This document shows, piece by piece, positions 20,461 to 28,635 of a stretch of DNA of 64,000 nucleotides. The DNA comes from an uncultured Bacilli bacterium. Its GTDB lineage: Bacteria > Bacillota_I > Bacilli_A > RF39 > UBA660. Each line of letters begins with the position of its first letter. Position 1 is the stretch's first letter. The notes beneath the pieces are model-generated. The model did not search any database and was not told the DNA's origin. It worked only from the letters and a program-made list of their open reading frames with translations. A program made the position numbers and the translations under genes. The stretch covers positions 2,488 to 66,487 of the forward strand of contig CANRNY010000010.1 in NCBI GenBank assembly GCA_947632085.1. The letters are read 5' to 3'.

Positions 20461-20788
20461 AATATATCACTCTTTCCTCACTAAAATCTTCATAGTGTTT
20501 ATAACTAATGAAAACTAAATATATATTTCGTGGATTATATTCATCTGGCTTAATTATCAACCTAATAACTCCACCATTCTTTCCTAGATTAAACGAGTAA
20601 AATTCATTTAGCTGATATTTTAGTTGTTCAAAGCCATAAAGTTTAATTAAAGGGTTATTTTTTAACTCATTAAAATCAGTACTTGATTCAAGTATAGATT
20701 TAATGGTTTTTAAATTGCTTAATTCCTTTTGATGACTTTTTATTTTTTTTAATGTATTATCAAAACTTTTGGTATAAAGTAAATTCAA
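20450..20788 (-). CDS. RelE/ParE-superfamily-like type II toxin (112 aa)
   Basis: The size and pattern (KSFDNTLKKI...LK...GVIRLIIKPDE...IYLVFISYKHYEDF) fit RelE/ParE/YafQ-like toxins. TTG start with an AAGGGGG RBS 7 nt upstream. Confidence 0.55.
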   Translation of the reverse strand: MNLLYTKSFDNTLKKIKSHQKELSNLKTIKSILESSTDFNELKNNPLIKLYGFEQLKYQLNEFYSFNLGKNGGVIRLIIKPDEYNPRNIYLVFISYKHYEDFSEERVIYYDE

Positions 20789-20870
20789 TGATGATACCCC
20801 CTTTTTTTAATTTTTCCTTTCTGTAATATATATTAACATATAAGTTAATATACGTAAATTATAAACAATT

Positions 20871-20891
20871 AAAAAGGTGATATATATCACC
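20871..20891 (-). terminator. Rho-independent terminator
   Basis: Palindrome GGTGATATATATCACC followed by T5 on the minus strand. It abuts the stop at 20891. Confidence 0.65.
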
Positions 20892-21622
20892 TAATTTATT
20901 ATTCTTTTAATAGAACTAATTTTAAATTCAGATTCTTTAATGACACTATCACAATATTGACATTTAGGCCCAGTTAAATTAGCGCCACAATTTGGACATT
21001 TAGTAATTGGCTTTTTTTCAAAATCTTTTCTAAAAGTAACATCAAACTTCTCTGTTATTGGTTTATCTTTATTACCAGTAACAATATATCCTTTATTATT
21101 TAAAGTATAATTAATATAAGATACTTCAATCATTAAAGAAGCTACTTGTTTAGAAATAGTACTATCTACTTCATATAAGATAACTTTTACTTTTTGAATA
21201 TTATTAATTACTCTTTTCTTACCAGCCTTTAAATCTAAACTTATACCTGTATAATAATTATTATATAATTGTTCAGTACTAACCATTTTCATTGTATTAT
21301 AATCTAAATTATTATAAGCATTTTCAAAATTAACAAATAATTCATAAAAATAATCTTTTAAGGTATCTATATCTTCAGTATTAAATACTTTTAAGTCGCC
21401 TTTACTAACATCAATATAGATATTCTTTTTACCTTTTGTTGTAGAATTAGTACTATTATTATCTATAACATTACTTTTAAAATATGTATGAACTTGATTT
21501 CTTTTAATAATATCACTAATTATTGTGAAAAAAATTAAGAAAAAGACGAGTGCTTGAATACCTATAACAAAAGTAAATATTAAATTTCCAATATAATTTA
21601 TATCAAAAATATCATATGTCAT
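20891..21622 (-). CDS. Tim44-like domain membrane protein with a C-terminal zinc ribbon
   Basis: N-terminal TM segment. The central region (DIDTLKDYFYELFVNFENAYNNLDYNTMKMVSTEQLYNNYY) is Tim44-like. The C-terminus has CPNCGANLTGPKCQYC. Confidence 0.65.
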   Translation of the reverse strand: MTYDIFDINYIGNLIFTFVIGIQALVFFLIFFTIISDIIKRNQVHTYFKSNVIDNNSTNSTTKGKKNIYIDVSKGDLKVFNTEDIDTLKDYFYELFVNFENAYNNLDYNTMKMVSTEQLYNNYYTGISLDLKAGKKRVINNIQKVKVILYEVDSTISKQVASLMIEVSYINYTLNNKGYIVTGNKDKPITEKFDVTFRKDFEKKPITKCPNCGANLTGPKCQYCDSVIKESEFKISSIKRIIN

Positions 21623-21658
21623 ATAAATACCTCACATTTTTTATATTTAATTTATATT

Positions 21659-23344
21659 CTAACCAGGTAGTAATAAACTTGCTCCACTTGTTGGAATAGC
21701 TAAACCATATTGCAATAATTCATAACAAACAAATAATACTAATCCACCTGTACCTAGATTATTAAATATATCTGATACACTATTACCATTCTTATTCATT
21801 TCAACAACTTGGTTTGTTAACTCTTGATTATCTTCAACTATTTGATTTAATTGATCTGTTGTATAGTTTTGTAACATTTCAGCTTGGCTTTCAGCAAAGA
21901 AACCGCCTTTACCTACTAACCACATAATACTTGGTTTTTCAATTAATGATTTACCATTTAAAATATTTTCGGCTTCAGTAGCGTCTACGCCCATTTCATT
22001 TATGACATATTCTAGAGCTTCTTGATATGTATCAAAGACAGTATAGTTAGCACTTAAATCAGCTGGTAGTGCTTGTCTTAATAAATCGTAGTATTCTTGT
22101 TTAGCTGATGAATTAACAACAGTTAAATCAGAAGTTTCTTCAACAGTAGGAGTTGAAGCGATTGAACTATCAACGATAGTACTTGGCCCAATATTAGGTT
22201 CTGGCTCTCTAACTGGAGTTTTATCTATATTTGGATTTGGTAGAGGAGTTTTTGCAACACTTTCACCTTCAGTTATCACACTTGGTCCAATATTAGGTTC
22301 TGGTTCTCTAACTGGTGTTTTATTTATATTTGGATTTGGTAGAGGATTTTTTACAACACTTTCACCTTCAGTTATCACACTTGGCTCAATACTTGGTGTG
22401 GCAGCATGAATTGGTTCTTGAGTTAAACCTGGTTTAGGTACTGGATTTAGAGCAGGTTCTTTAACAATACCAGGTTGTGGAACAGTACTTGGTTCTTTTT
22501 CTAAACTAGGATTAACACCATATTCTACTTCCTCTTCCATTACTACTTCTTCTTCGGGTTGAGGATTATCATATTCTTTATTATCTTCATTATTCTTATT
22601 TAAATGTGGGAATTTCAAGTTAGGCAATAATAACAATAAAAGTAATAATAAATACCAATGTTCTACAATAAATTTAGCGGTAAATATAATGGGAGTTGCG
22701 ACTAGAAGTCCTAATGATTTAGCTAAGTCAACTACACCAAAGATACGTTCCTTATTACTTTTAGCTTGTTTTAATTCATTAATACAATTACTTATCTTTT
22801 TAACTTGTAAACCAAGTCCTTTTGGTAAGACAGTAAAAATAGCACGAATAGTAGCTTTCTTATCTAAGAATTCATTTTTATATCTTTCTTTTAATTGATG
22901 ACGATGATTATCAATTTCATTATCTAATAACTCTTCTAATTTCTTTAAATTTTCACTATCTTCAGCACTAAGATTGTCACAGCTTTTGATCTTTTTAATT
23001 TCAGCTTGAATCTTTCTAATCAAACGACCTCTTTTAACAGTAATATCTTTAGGGCTTTCCTTTTCCATAGACTTTTTAAGTTCAGCTTCTAATTGCTCTG
23101 TTTCAGTCTTAGATTCAGGAGTTTCAGTTTTAATAGATAAATTATTCATACTAATTGTTAATGCTGTATAAACTTGTTCTAACTCTTCAATACTTTTATC
23201 ATACTCTTCAGTAGTTATTTCATTATTTTGTTTTTTAGTTACTAATTCATTTCTTTTAGTCATATAAGCATTATAAACTTCTTCATTAGTACTACTTTCA
23301 TTAACTCCTAAGATATTATAATATTTTTCTATTTCTTCATTCAT
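21659..23344 (-). CDS. Membrane protein with an N-terminal J-like domain (no HPD), coiled coil, poly-Leu TM segment and Pro-rich tandem repeats
   Basis: KYYNILGVNESSTNEEVYNAYMTKRNEL resembles J-domain helices I-II. TM segment LLVATPIIFTAKFIVEHWYLLLLLLLLL. Two 33-aa repeats. The start was set to the ATG at 23344, 6 nt after AGGTG. Confidence 0.65.
   Translation of the reverse strand: MNEEIEKYYNILGVNESSTNEEVYNAYMTKRNELVTKKQNNEITTEEYDKSIEELEQVYTALTISMNNLSIKTETPESKTETEQLEAELKKSMEKESPKDITVKRGRLIRKIQAEIKKIKSCDNLSAEDSENLKKLEELLDNEIDNHRHQLKERYKNEFLDKKATIRAIFTVLPKGLGLQVKKISNCINELKQAKSNKERIFGVVDLAKSLGLLVATPIIFTAKFIVEHWYLLLLLLLLLPNLKFPHLNKNNEDNKEYDNPQPEEEVVMEEEVEYGVNPSLEKEPSTVPQPGIVKEPALNPVPKPGLTQEPIHAATPSIEPSVITEGESVVKNPLPNPNINKTPVREPEPNIGPSVITEGESVAKTPLPNPNIDKTPVREPEPNIGPSTIVDSSIASTPTVEETSDLTVVNSSAKQEYYDLLRQALPADLSANYTVFDTYQEALEYVINEMGVDATEAENILNGKSLIEKPSIMWLVGKGGFFAESQAEMLQNYTTDQLNQIVEDNQELTNQVVEMNKNGNSVSDIFNNLGTGGLVLFVCYELLQYGLAIPTSGASLLLPG
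22181..22400 (-). repeat. 99-bp in-frame tandem repeat, about 2.2 copies
   Basis: Units start at 22181, 22280 and 22379 (partial) and are about 90% identical. They encode PSVITEGESV.K.PLPNPNI.KTPVREPEPNIG. Confidence 0.95.
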
Positions 23345-23359
23345 AAATAACACCTACTC

Positions 23360-23605
23360 TTATTTTATCTTGCTATTCATTATTGTTTTATTAAACTTTA
23401 AAATAATTTCTTTTTCTTTATCTTTTGGTAATCTTTCTAACTTATTATTCTTCTCAATATCAGCAAATAATCTTATTCCTACTTTATTATCAGCAGAAAC
23501 AAAATCAGTATATATACAATATATATTACCATTATCTTGGTAGCGACCAATTATTGAATATTCAATATCTACACCTATATCATTTTTTCTTTTAAATGTT
23601 TCCAT
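23360..23605 (-). CDS. Small DUF1292-like protein (81 aa)
   Basis: The pattern IYCIYTDF...VGIRLFADIE...LERL...EKEIILKFN resembles DUF1292/YrzB-type proteins. Confidence 0.5.
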   Translation of the reverse strand: METFKRKNDIGVDIEYSIIGRYQDNGNIYCIYTDFVSADNKVGIRLFADIEKNNKLERLPKDKEKEIILKFNKTIMNSKIK

Positions 23606-23618
23606 TATAATTTCCTTT

Positions 23619-24773
23619 CTAAGCCATAGCTAATTCTTTATTACTACGAAGTTCTTTAAATAATTCAGGTTTATTCATTTTAATTAATAAATCAGTATAT
23701 TTAGTATTAACTAATTTTACTTTATTTTTAAAGTCACCCATATTAGTCATATTATTTAAAACAGTTATTATAAAAGGTGTAACAACATCTTTTAAACTAT
23801 CAAATGCTAATGATGGGAAGAATGCACTTAGTACTAGACGAGCTGTATACATTGTAGCTGCACTAACTTTGATATTTTTAAATGCATTCTTAGTAGCATC
23901 TGGGATAAAATTTTCTTCTTGATATAAGTCAGCACATAACTGTAAGTATCGCTTTTCTAATTTAGCATAATCAAGAACACTCATTTGTTCTTTATCCTTG
24001 ATATATGCTCTTTTTTTCTTTTCTAAACAACTTTTTAAATCTTGCATAGCATTTATTAGTTCTAAAGTTAAAGATTGTTTTATTTTTTCATTTGGGGCAT
24101 TTTTAATTATTTCTTTATACTTAGTAATAAGATTTTCATTTATGGCAATTAAATTGTTATTATCTTTTTCTTTACTCTTAGAAAGTAATAACTCTAAAAA
24201 TTCTTTATTATTTAATATATAGTCATTACCAAATTGTTGAGCTTCAGTAAATACTTTTTCTTTTTGATCATCTAATTTTAATAATGATGTATATGGTGTA
24301 TCAGTGATTGCTTGTCTTAGAACATTAGAAAGTCCTATGTAAGACATAGTTGGAACTAAGGAAGCTAGTAAAGCTAGTGATATAGTTCCACCAGTTAAAA
24401 AATTTAAACCCATAGTTATACCACCAACAACTACTGAACTTACAGCTGTATTTGTAACAACGGCTTTAGCTTTATTTATAAGATCTTTTTTCTCAGTAAA
24501 TAATTTAATAGTTGTAGCTATTTCTTTAACTTTTAAGCCTACTTTTTTAGGTAAGTTATAAGTTTTGGTAGCTTGCATCTTTTTAATATGAGCTTTATGT
24601 TTTTCTAATTCATTTTTTAATTCTAATCTTAAAGTAGTTTTAACAGCATAATCTTTAGTTGAAGCGATTGTTTCTTTTAAAGTTTTAATTAATTTTCCAC
24701 GAAGTTCTAATACTTCTTCAGGATTATTATCTCCTAATTCAGCAATTTTCTTTTGGAGTTCTTCCTTAGTCAT
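23619..24773 (-). CDS. Coiled-coil membrane protein, paralogous in part to 21659..23344
   Basis: Its LPKKVGLKVKEIATTIKLF followed by a TM cluster parallels LPKGLGLQVKKISNCINEL followed by a TM segment in the 564-aa protein. The start was set to the ATG at 24773, giving an ATGACTAA overlap with the upstream stop. Confidence 0.65.
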   Translation of the reverse strand: MTKEELQKKIAELGDNNPEEVLELRGKLIKTLKETIASTKDYAVKTTLRLELKNELEKHKAHIKKMQATKTYNLPKKVGLKVKEIATTIKLFTEKKDLINKAKAVVTNTAVSSVVVGGITMGLNFLTGGTISLALLASLVPTMSYIGLSNVLRQAITDTPYTSLLKLDDQKEKVFTEAQQFGNDYILNNKEFLELLLSKSKEKDNNNLIAINENLITKYKEIIKNAPNEKIKQSLTLELINAMQDLKSCLEKKKRAYIKDKEQMSVLDYAKLEKRYLQLCADLYQEENFIPDATKNAFKNIKVSAATMYTARLVLSAFFPSLAFDSLKDVVTPFIITVLNNMTNMGDFKNKVKLVNTKYTDLLIKMNKPELFKELRSNKELAMA

Positions 24774-25068
24774 GAATATTCTCTTGAACCTGTTCATTGA
24801 CATAAGAAACAATATCGTCAGTTAAAGCTTCTTTAATCATTTCAATTACATTAGAATCTTCGACAGTTTTTAAAACAAAGTCACCATCTACTTCAATTAC
24901 TTTGCCATATTGCATTACAAATTCATCGTTTTCATCTAACATATAATCAGTAAAGACTACATATGGTTCATCTGGATTATTATTATTTGGAACGACTGAA
25001 ACAATATCACATATAACATCGTTGCCTTCACTATTTTTAACTGTGAAACTTAAATCTTCATATTTCAT
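24766..25068 (-). CDS. DUF1292-like small acidic protein (100 aa)
   Basis: FTVKNSEGNDVICDIVSVV...PYVVFTDY...EFVMQYGKVIE...LKTVED...IEMIKEAL matches the DUF1292 pattern. Confidence 0.55.
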   Translation of the reverse strand: MKYEDLSFTVKNSEGNDVICDIVSVVPNNNNPDEPYVVFTDYMLDENDEFVMQYGKVIEVDGDFVLKTVEDSNVIEMIKEALTDDIVSYVNEQVQENIHD

Positions 25069-25262
25069 AAATACACCTCTTGATTCTATTATTAATATAA
25101 CAAAAAAATACTATAATTTAAATATATAGTATTATCTTTATTGTAGTTATTTGACATATTTATTAAGTTTTTAAATTTTATATTTTCTATATTATAAAAG
25201 TTGAAAATTTATATACGAGTATATTATTTTTAGATATAATATATCCAAGAGGAGATTACATT

Positions 25263-25811
25263 ATGAAAAAAAATTTAAAATTAATAATTGGTATATTAGT
25301 TATTATATTTATAATTACTATATTCGGAATAATTTTTATTACGTATAAAAATATAGATAATGAAACTAGTGATAATAGTCGTAGTTTTGAAGAACTAGAA
25401 ATTAAATCACAAAACCCATCAAATGGTTATGTTGTAGCTATAGATGAACATTTAGCTATGAGAGACACATATGGAATATTTAAACCAATTGAAAATAATA
25501 GATTTGTTAAAGTTTTAGACTTAGATGAAGACTATATACAAGGTTCATTTGTTGCATGGAGAGATGATAAAGTATACATTCTAGGAATGTATTCATCAAC
25601 TGAATATGATTATATAAAGGGTGAAAAAGAAAAAATTAGTATATATAGAAAAGCTCCAGCAGGATTTATTACAATAATCGGTCAAGATGAAAATGATCTA
25701 TATTATGAATACGATTCAAATGGTGAAGATTGTTATGGAAAATTTAATTTTGATACAAAAACATCTAAAGAAATAAAAGAAGAAGAGGTCCCTGATAAAT
25801 TTCAAAAGTAA
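25263..25811 (+). CDS. Hypothetical membrane-anchored protein (182 aa)
   Basis: GGAG RBS before the ATG. N-terminal TM segment LKLIIGILVIIFIITIFGIIFI. Confidence 0.6.
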   Translation: MKKNLKLIIGILVIIFIITIFGIIFITYKNIDNETSDNSRSFEELEIKSQNPSNGYVVAIDEHLAMRDTYGIFKPIENNRFVKVLDLDEDYIQGSFVAWRDDKVYILGMYSSTEYDYIKGEKEKISIYRKAPAGFITIIGQDENDLYYEYDSNGEDCYGKFNFDTKTSKEIKEEEVPDKFQK

Positions 25812-25832
25812 AATCTTAATTTTTAATAGATT

Positions 25833-26120
25833 TTACTTTTTTATTTTTATAAAGTCCGATCGCCAAACCGAGTCATCTACAATTTTCTCTACTTTATTAT
25901 GTTTTATAAACATATATTTATATATGTATAGATAACTGTCTCTTTCAACTGAATACTCATAGCAAGCACAAATTATAATAAACAAAATTATCAATATTAA
26001 AATTATAAGGAAACTTTTATCATTTTCAGCCTTTAAAGTCATAGTTGAATTATAATTATCATATTTTTTCTTTTCATTATAATCTACTATATTCTTTTCT
26101 AAATTATTTGGGCAATGCAT
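25833..26120 (-). CDS. Hypothetical 95-aa protein: N-terminal module shared with 28084..28590, fused to a TM segment
   Basis: The first roughly 30 aa (MHCPNNLEKNIVDYNEKKKYDNYNSTMTLKAE) are about 80% identical to the 168-aa paralog. The sequence then diverges into FLIILILIILFIIICA. Confidence 0.4.
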   Translation of the reverse strand: MHCPNNLEKNIVDYNEKKKYDNYNSTMTLKAENDKSFLIILILIILFIIICACYEYSVERDSYLYIYKYMFIKHNKVEKIVDDSVWRSDFIKIKK

Positions 26121-26150
26121 AAATGTCTATCTTATCTCCTATTTTTTAAA
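26033..26150 (-). repeat. Dispersed repeat copy 1 (about 118 bp, 5' UTR plus the first ~29 codons)
   Basis: About 88-90% identical to 28503..28620 (offset 2470 bp). Confidence 0.9.
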
Positions 26151-26186
26151 AAAACAAACACAAGTAGTTACAAATAAATAATAAAA

Positions 26187-27013
26187 TTACTTACAAAAAT
26201 CCTCTGAATATTCCAAATTATCACTTATGTATATATTTTTATTACCTGTATTTATAGAGCATTGAAATAAAGAAAATACATCATTTTTATAAAATGTTCC
26301 ATTTTCATACTCAACTTTTGTTACGATATTTTGCTCTACTTGATAATCTAAAGCTTTTATGAGTGTATCCATATCCATATAATTAAATTTTAACATAGTT
26401 GGTAATGAATGATATTCCCCTGAGCCATTTTTGATAAGAAGCCCATCTGAATAGTCAGTATAAACTTCATATAACTTACCATTATTAGCCATATATTTAT
26501 ATTCAGGTTCTAATATTTTTTCTTTAGGAATATACGAATAATCATATTTATATTCTATATTTTTATAATCATCTACAATATTACAATCATTTATATTTAT
26601 ATTTCCATCTATATAAGAAATATAGTATGTATTTAATAAACCTGTTTCTTCTATTCCAAAGTCAATAATTGTTAAATTAGAATCAGTATATGTTGTTTTA
26701 TTACGACAAGTTTTTTCTTCATATTTTTTAACTATATTTTGCAAATTTTTTTTAATACTTTTCTTAGACAAAAATGTTTTAAATTTTATTTTATTAATAC
26801 ATAGTTTTTTCTCATCGCCATATACTTCTCCATTATAGTAATTATCCCAATATCCATCACATTGATTACTTACAAAAAAGAATTTTTTAATATATATAAT
26901 TTTTTATCACGAGAAATATTATAATATTCTGTTCCAAAACTAATGTTTTTAAAAAATATAAAGCCTAAAACTATAAGCAAGACTAAAGTTAATAATATAA
27001 ATCTTTTTTTCAT
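26187..27013 (-). pseudogene. Frameshifted gene for a membrane-anchored protein (pseudogene, phase-off allele or -1 frameshift)
   Basis: Frame A runs from ATG 27013 (MKKRFILLTLVLLIVLGFIFFKNISFGTEYYNISRDKKLYILKNSFL) to a stop at 26870. Frame B is open from 26903 to 26187. The overlap contains TTA AAA AAT TCT TTT TTG. Confidence 0.6.
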
Positions 27014-27093
27014 AAATACCTTCTTTGCACTTATTATAATACTTTTAATTCTAATTTAATATGGCAAATAATTCATTAATTACTATTTTCAAT

Positions 27094-27594
27094 TTATGAC
27101 TTTAAATCTTTATATTCTGGCATTGTATAATCTTGAACTAAATCATCATGTTGATCAATTGTTGAGCTAAAGCCACTCTGAAATTTCAAATAATTTTTGT
27201 CGTTTAGGTCAATTACAATCTTAAGTGTATTATTATCTGAAACATTTGTATATGGAATATTAATACAATTTGTTGTACCATCTTGGCATTCGAATTCATA
27301 GGAAACAATAATATATCTTATATTTGGTTCAGACTTAAAATATCCATATTGTTGAAATTTTGTTATTTCAAATCTTTTAGTATTACTAGAATCAATATAG
27401 TTTTGTTTTTTTAACTCTGTTTTAATTTTATTGGCAAGATACTCTTCTGTGGGTGTAAATACTATTTCTGATTCTAATATTGTTTCTGGTTCTTTGTTTT
27501 CTTGTTTAGAGTATTTTTTGTTTAAAACAAAACCTACTATACAAACAAGTATTATAATAATTGAAATTATAATTATTATTCTTTTATTTTTCAT
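27094..27594 (-). CDS. Hypothetical membrane-anchored protein with a Cys-x6-Cys loop
   Basis: The ATG at 27594 lies 8 nt after AAGGAG. N-terminal TM segment IIIIISIIIILVCIVGFVL. Contains YEFECQDGTTNC. Confidence 0.6.
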   Translation of the reverse strand: MKNKRIIIIISIIIILVCIVGFVLNKKYSKQENKEPETILESEIVFTPTEEYLANKIKTELKKQNYIDSSNTKRFEITKFQQYGYFKSEPNIRYIIVSYEFECQDGTTNCINIPYTNVSDNNTLKIVIDLNDKNYLKFQSGFSSTIDQHDDLVQDYTMPEYKDLKS

Positions 27595-27707
27595 ATACAT
27601 ATCTCCTTAAAATAGTATATCTAGTAACTATGAAAAGAATGATTATACATTAACTACATTATTTTTTATAAGTTCTTATTGCAATATCTAATTAGAAGAA
27701 TAAAGGT

Positions 27708-28094
27708 TTATAGATTAAGACTTATAAGAATTCCAAAAATAATATAATAATATTTATCATATTTATCAAATTTACTTGCTAATTCATGTTCTATTTCATT
27801 ATCTTGAAAAGAAATATTTAACTCGTCTATTACTTTGACATTTCTATAAATTGTTACAGACCAATCGTAACCAGTATCAGTAATAAATTTTACATAGTCG
27901 GCATCTGGATAATTTAAATTATTTCCTGTTACTTCAGATATTTGTTGAATTATATCATTATCTACATCATATTTTATATAATATTCTCCCAAAAGGTATG
28001 CTATAAAGAAATGTACTAATAAAAAAGTAAATAATAATTCAATTAGAACATATTTTAATACATTTAAGTATTGTTTAACTACTTTAGTCTTCAT
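27708..28094 (-). CDS. Hypothetical small membrane protein (128 aa)
   Basis: Intact ORF overlapping the upstream gene by 11 nt. It has N- and C-terminal hydrophobic segments. Confidence 0.5.
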   Translation of the reverse strand: MKTKVVKQYLNVLKYVLIELLFTFLLVHFFIAYLLGEYYIKYDVDNDIIQQISEVTGNNLNYPDADYVKFITDTGYDWSVTIYRNVKVIDELNISFQDNEIEHELASKFDKYDKYYYIIFGILISLNL

Positions 28095-28590
28095 AATCTA
28101 CATAGTTTTTATATTTTTTGCCACAGTTACAACACTTTAAACTTATTTTAATCCATTGATAAGAATTACTATAATCTTGGATACCTTCATCTTCTTCTTT
28201 TAAGACATCTTCATCTATGTATTCAAAAAATAAAGAAATATCAAACTTTTCATTTTTACAAGAATGACATAAAAACTTATTGTATGACTTTAATTTTTCT
28301 TTTGATACATTCATATTTTGCTTTTTAAAACAATTACTATATCCATTAAGTTTATTATCAAAAAGTAACAATATATTATCTTTATCTGTAGCAACAATTG
28401 ATAATTTTTCTTGATCATTTTCTTTTAAATGTGTACCAAATAATAAACTTTTTATCTCCTCACCTTTTACATAAATAGAATAACCTTCGTTTTTTTCAGT
28501 TTTTAAAGTCATAGTTGATTTATAATTGCTATATTCTTTCTTTTCATTATAATCTACTACATTCTTTTCTAAATTATTTGGGCAATGCAT
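28084..28590 (-). CDS. Hypothetical zinc-ribbon-like protein (168 aa)
   Basis: Contains CHSCKNEKF and CCNCGKKYKN. Its N-terminal module is shared with 25833..26120. Confidence 0.55.
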   Translation of the reverse strand: MHCPNNLEKNVVDYNEKKEYSNYKSTMTLKTEKNEGYSIYVKGEEIKSLLFGTHLKENDQEKLSIVATDKDNILLLFDNKLNGYSNCFKKQNMNVSKEKLKSYNKFLCHSCKNEKFDISLFFEYIDEDVLKEEDEGIQDYSNSYQWIKISLKCCNCGKKYKNYVDYED

Positions 28591-28620
28591 AAATATTTAA
28601 CTCCTTTACTATTTTTTAAA
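28503..28620 (-). repeat. Dispersed repeat copy 2
   Basis: About 88-90% identical to 26033..26150. Confidence 0.9.
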
Positions 28621-28635
28621 CTTTTATCTATGATT

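Noticed and set aside
18520-20788. HTH-ImmA gene, toxin-like gene and small HExxH protein considered as a prophage remnant
   Set aside because: There is no integrase, repressor/antirepressor pair, terminase, capsid or tail gene nearby, and no att-like direct repeats were seen. A chromosomal TA-like module is the simpler reading.
22181-22400. Tandem 99-bp repeats considered as a possible CRISPR-like or satellite array
   Set aside because: The repeats are directly adjacent with no unique spacers. They are in frame and encode a Pro-rich peptide repeat inside a long ORF. No cas genes occur anywhere in the window.
25069-25262. 194-bp divergent intergenic region inspected for a riboswitch or small ORF
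   Set aside because: It is extremely AT-rich with no conserved-looking structure or ORF. It most likely holds only two back-to-back promoters.
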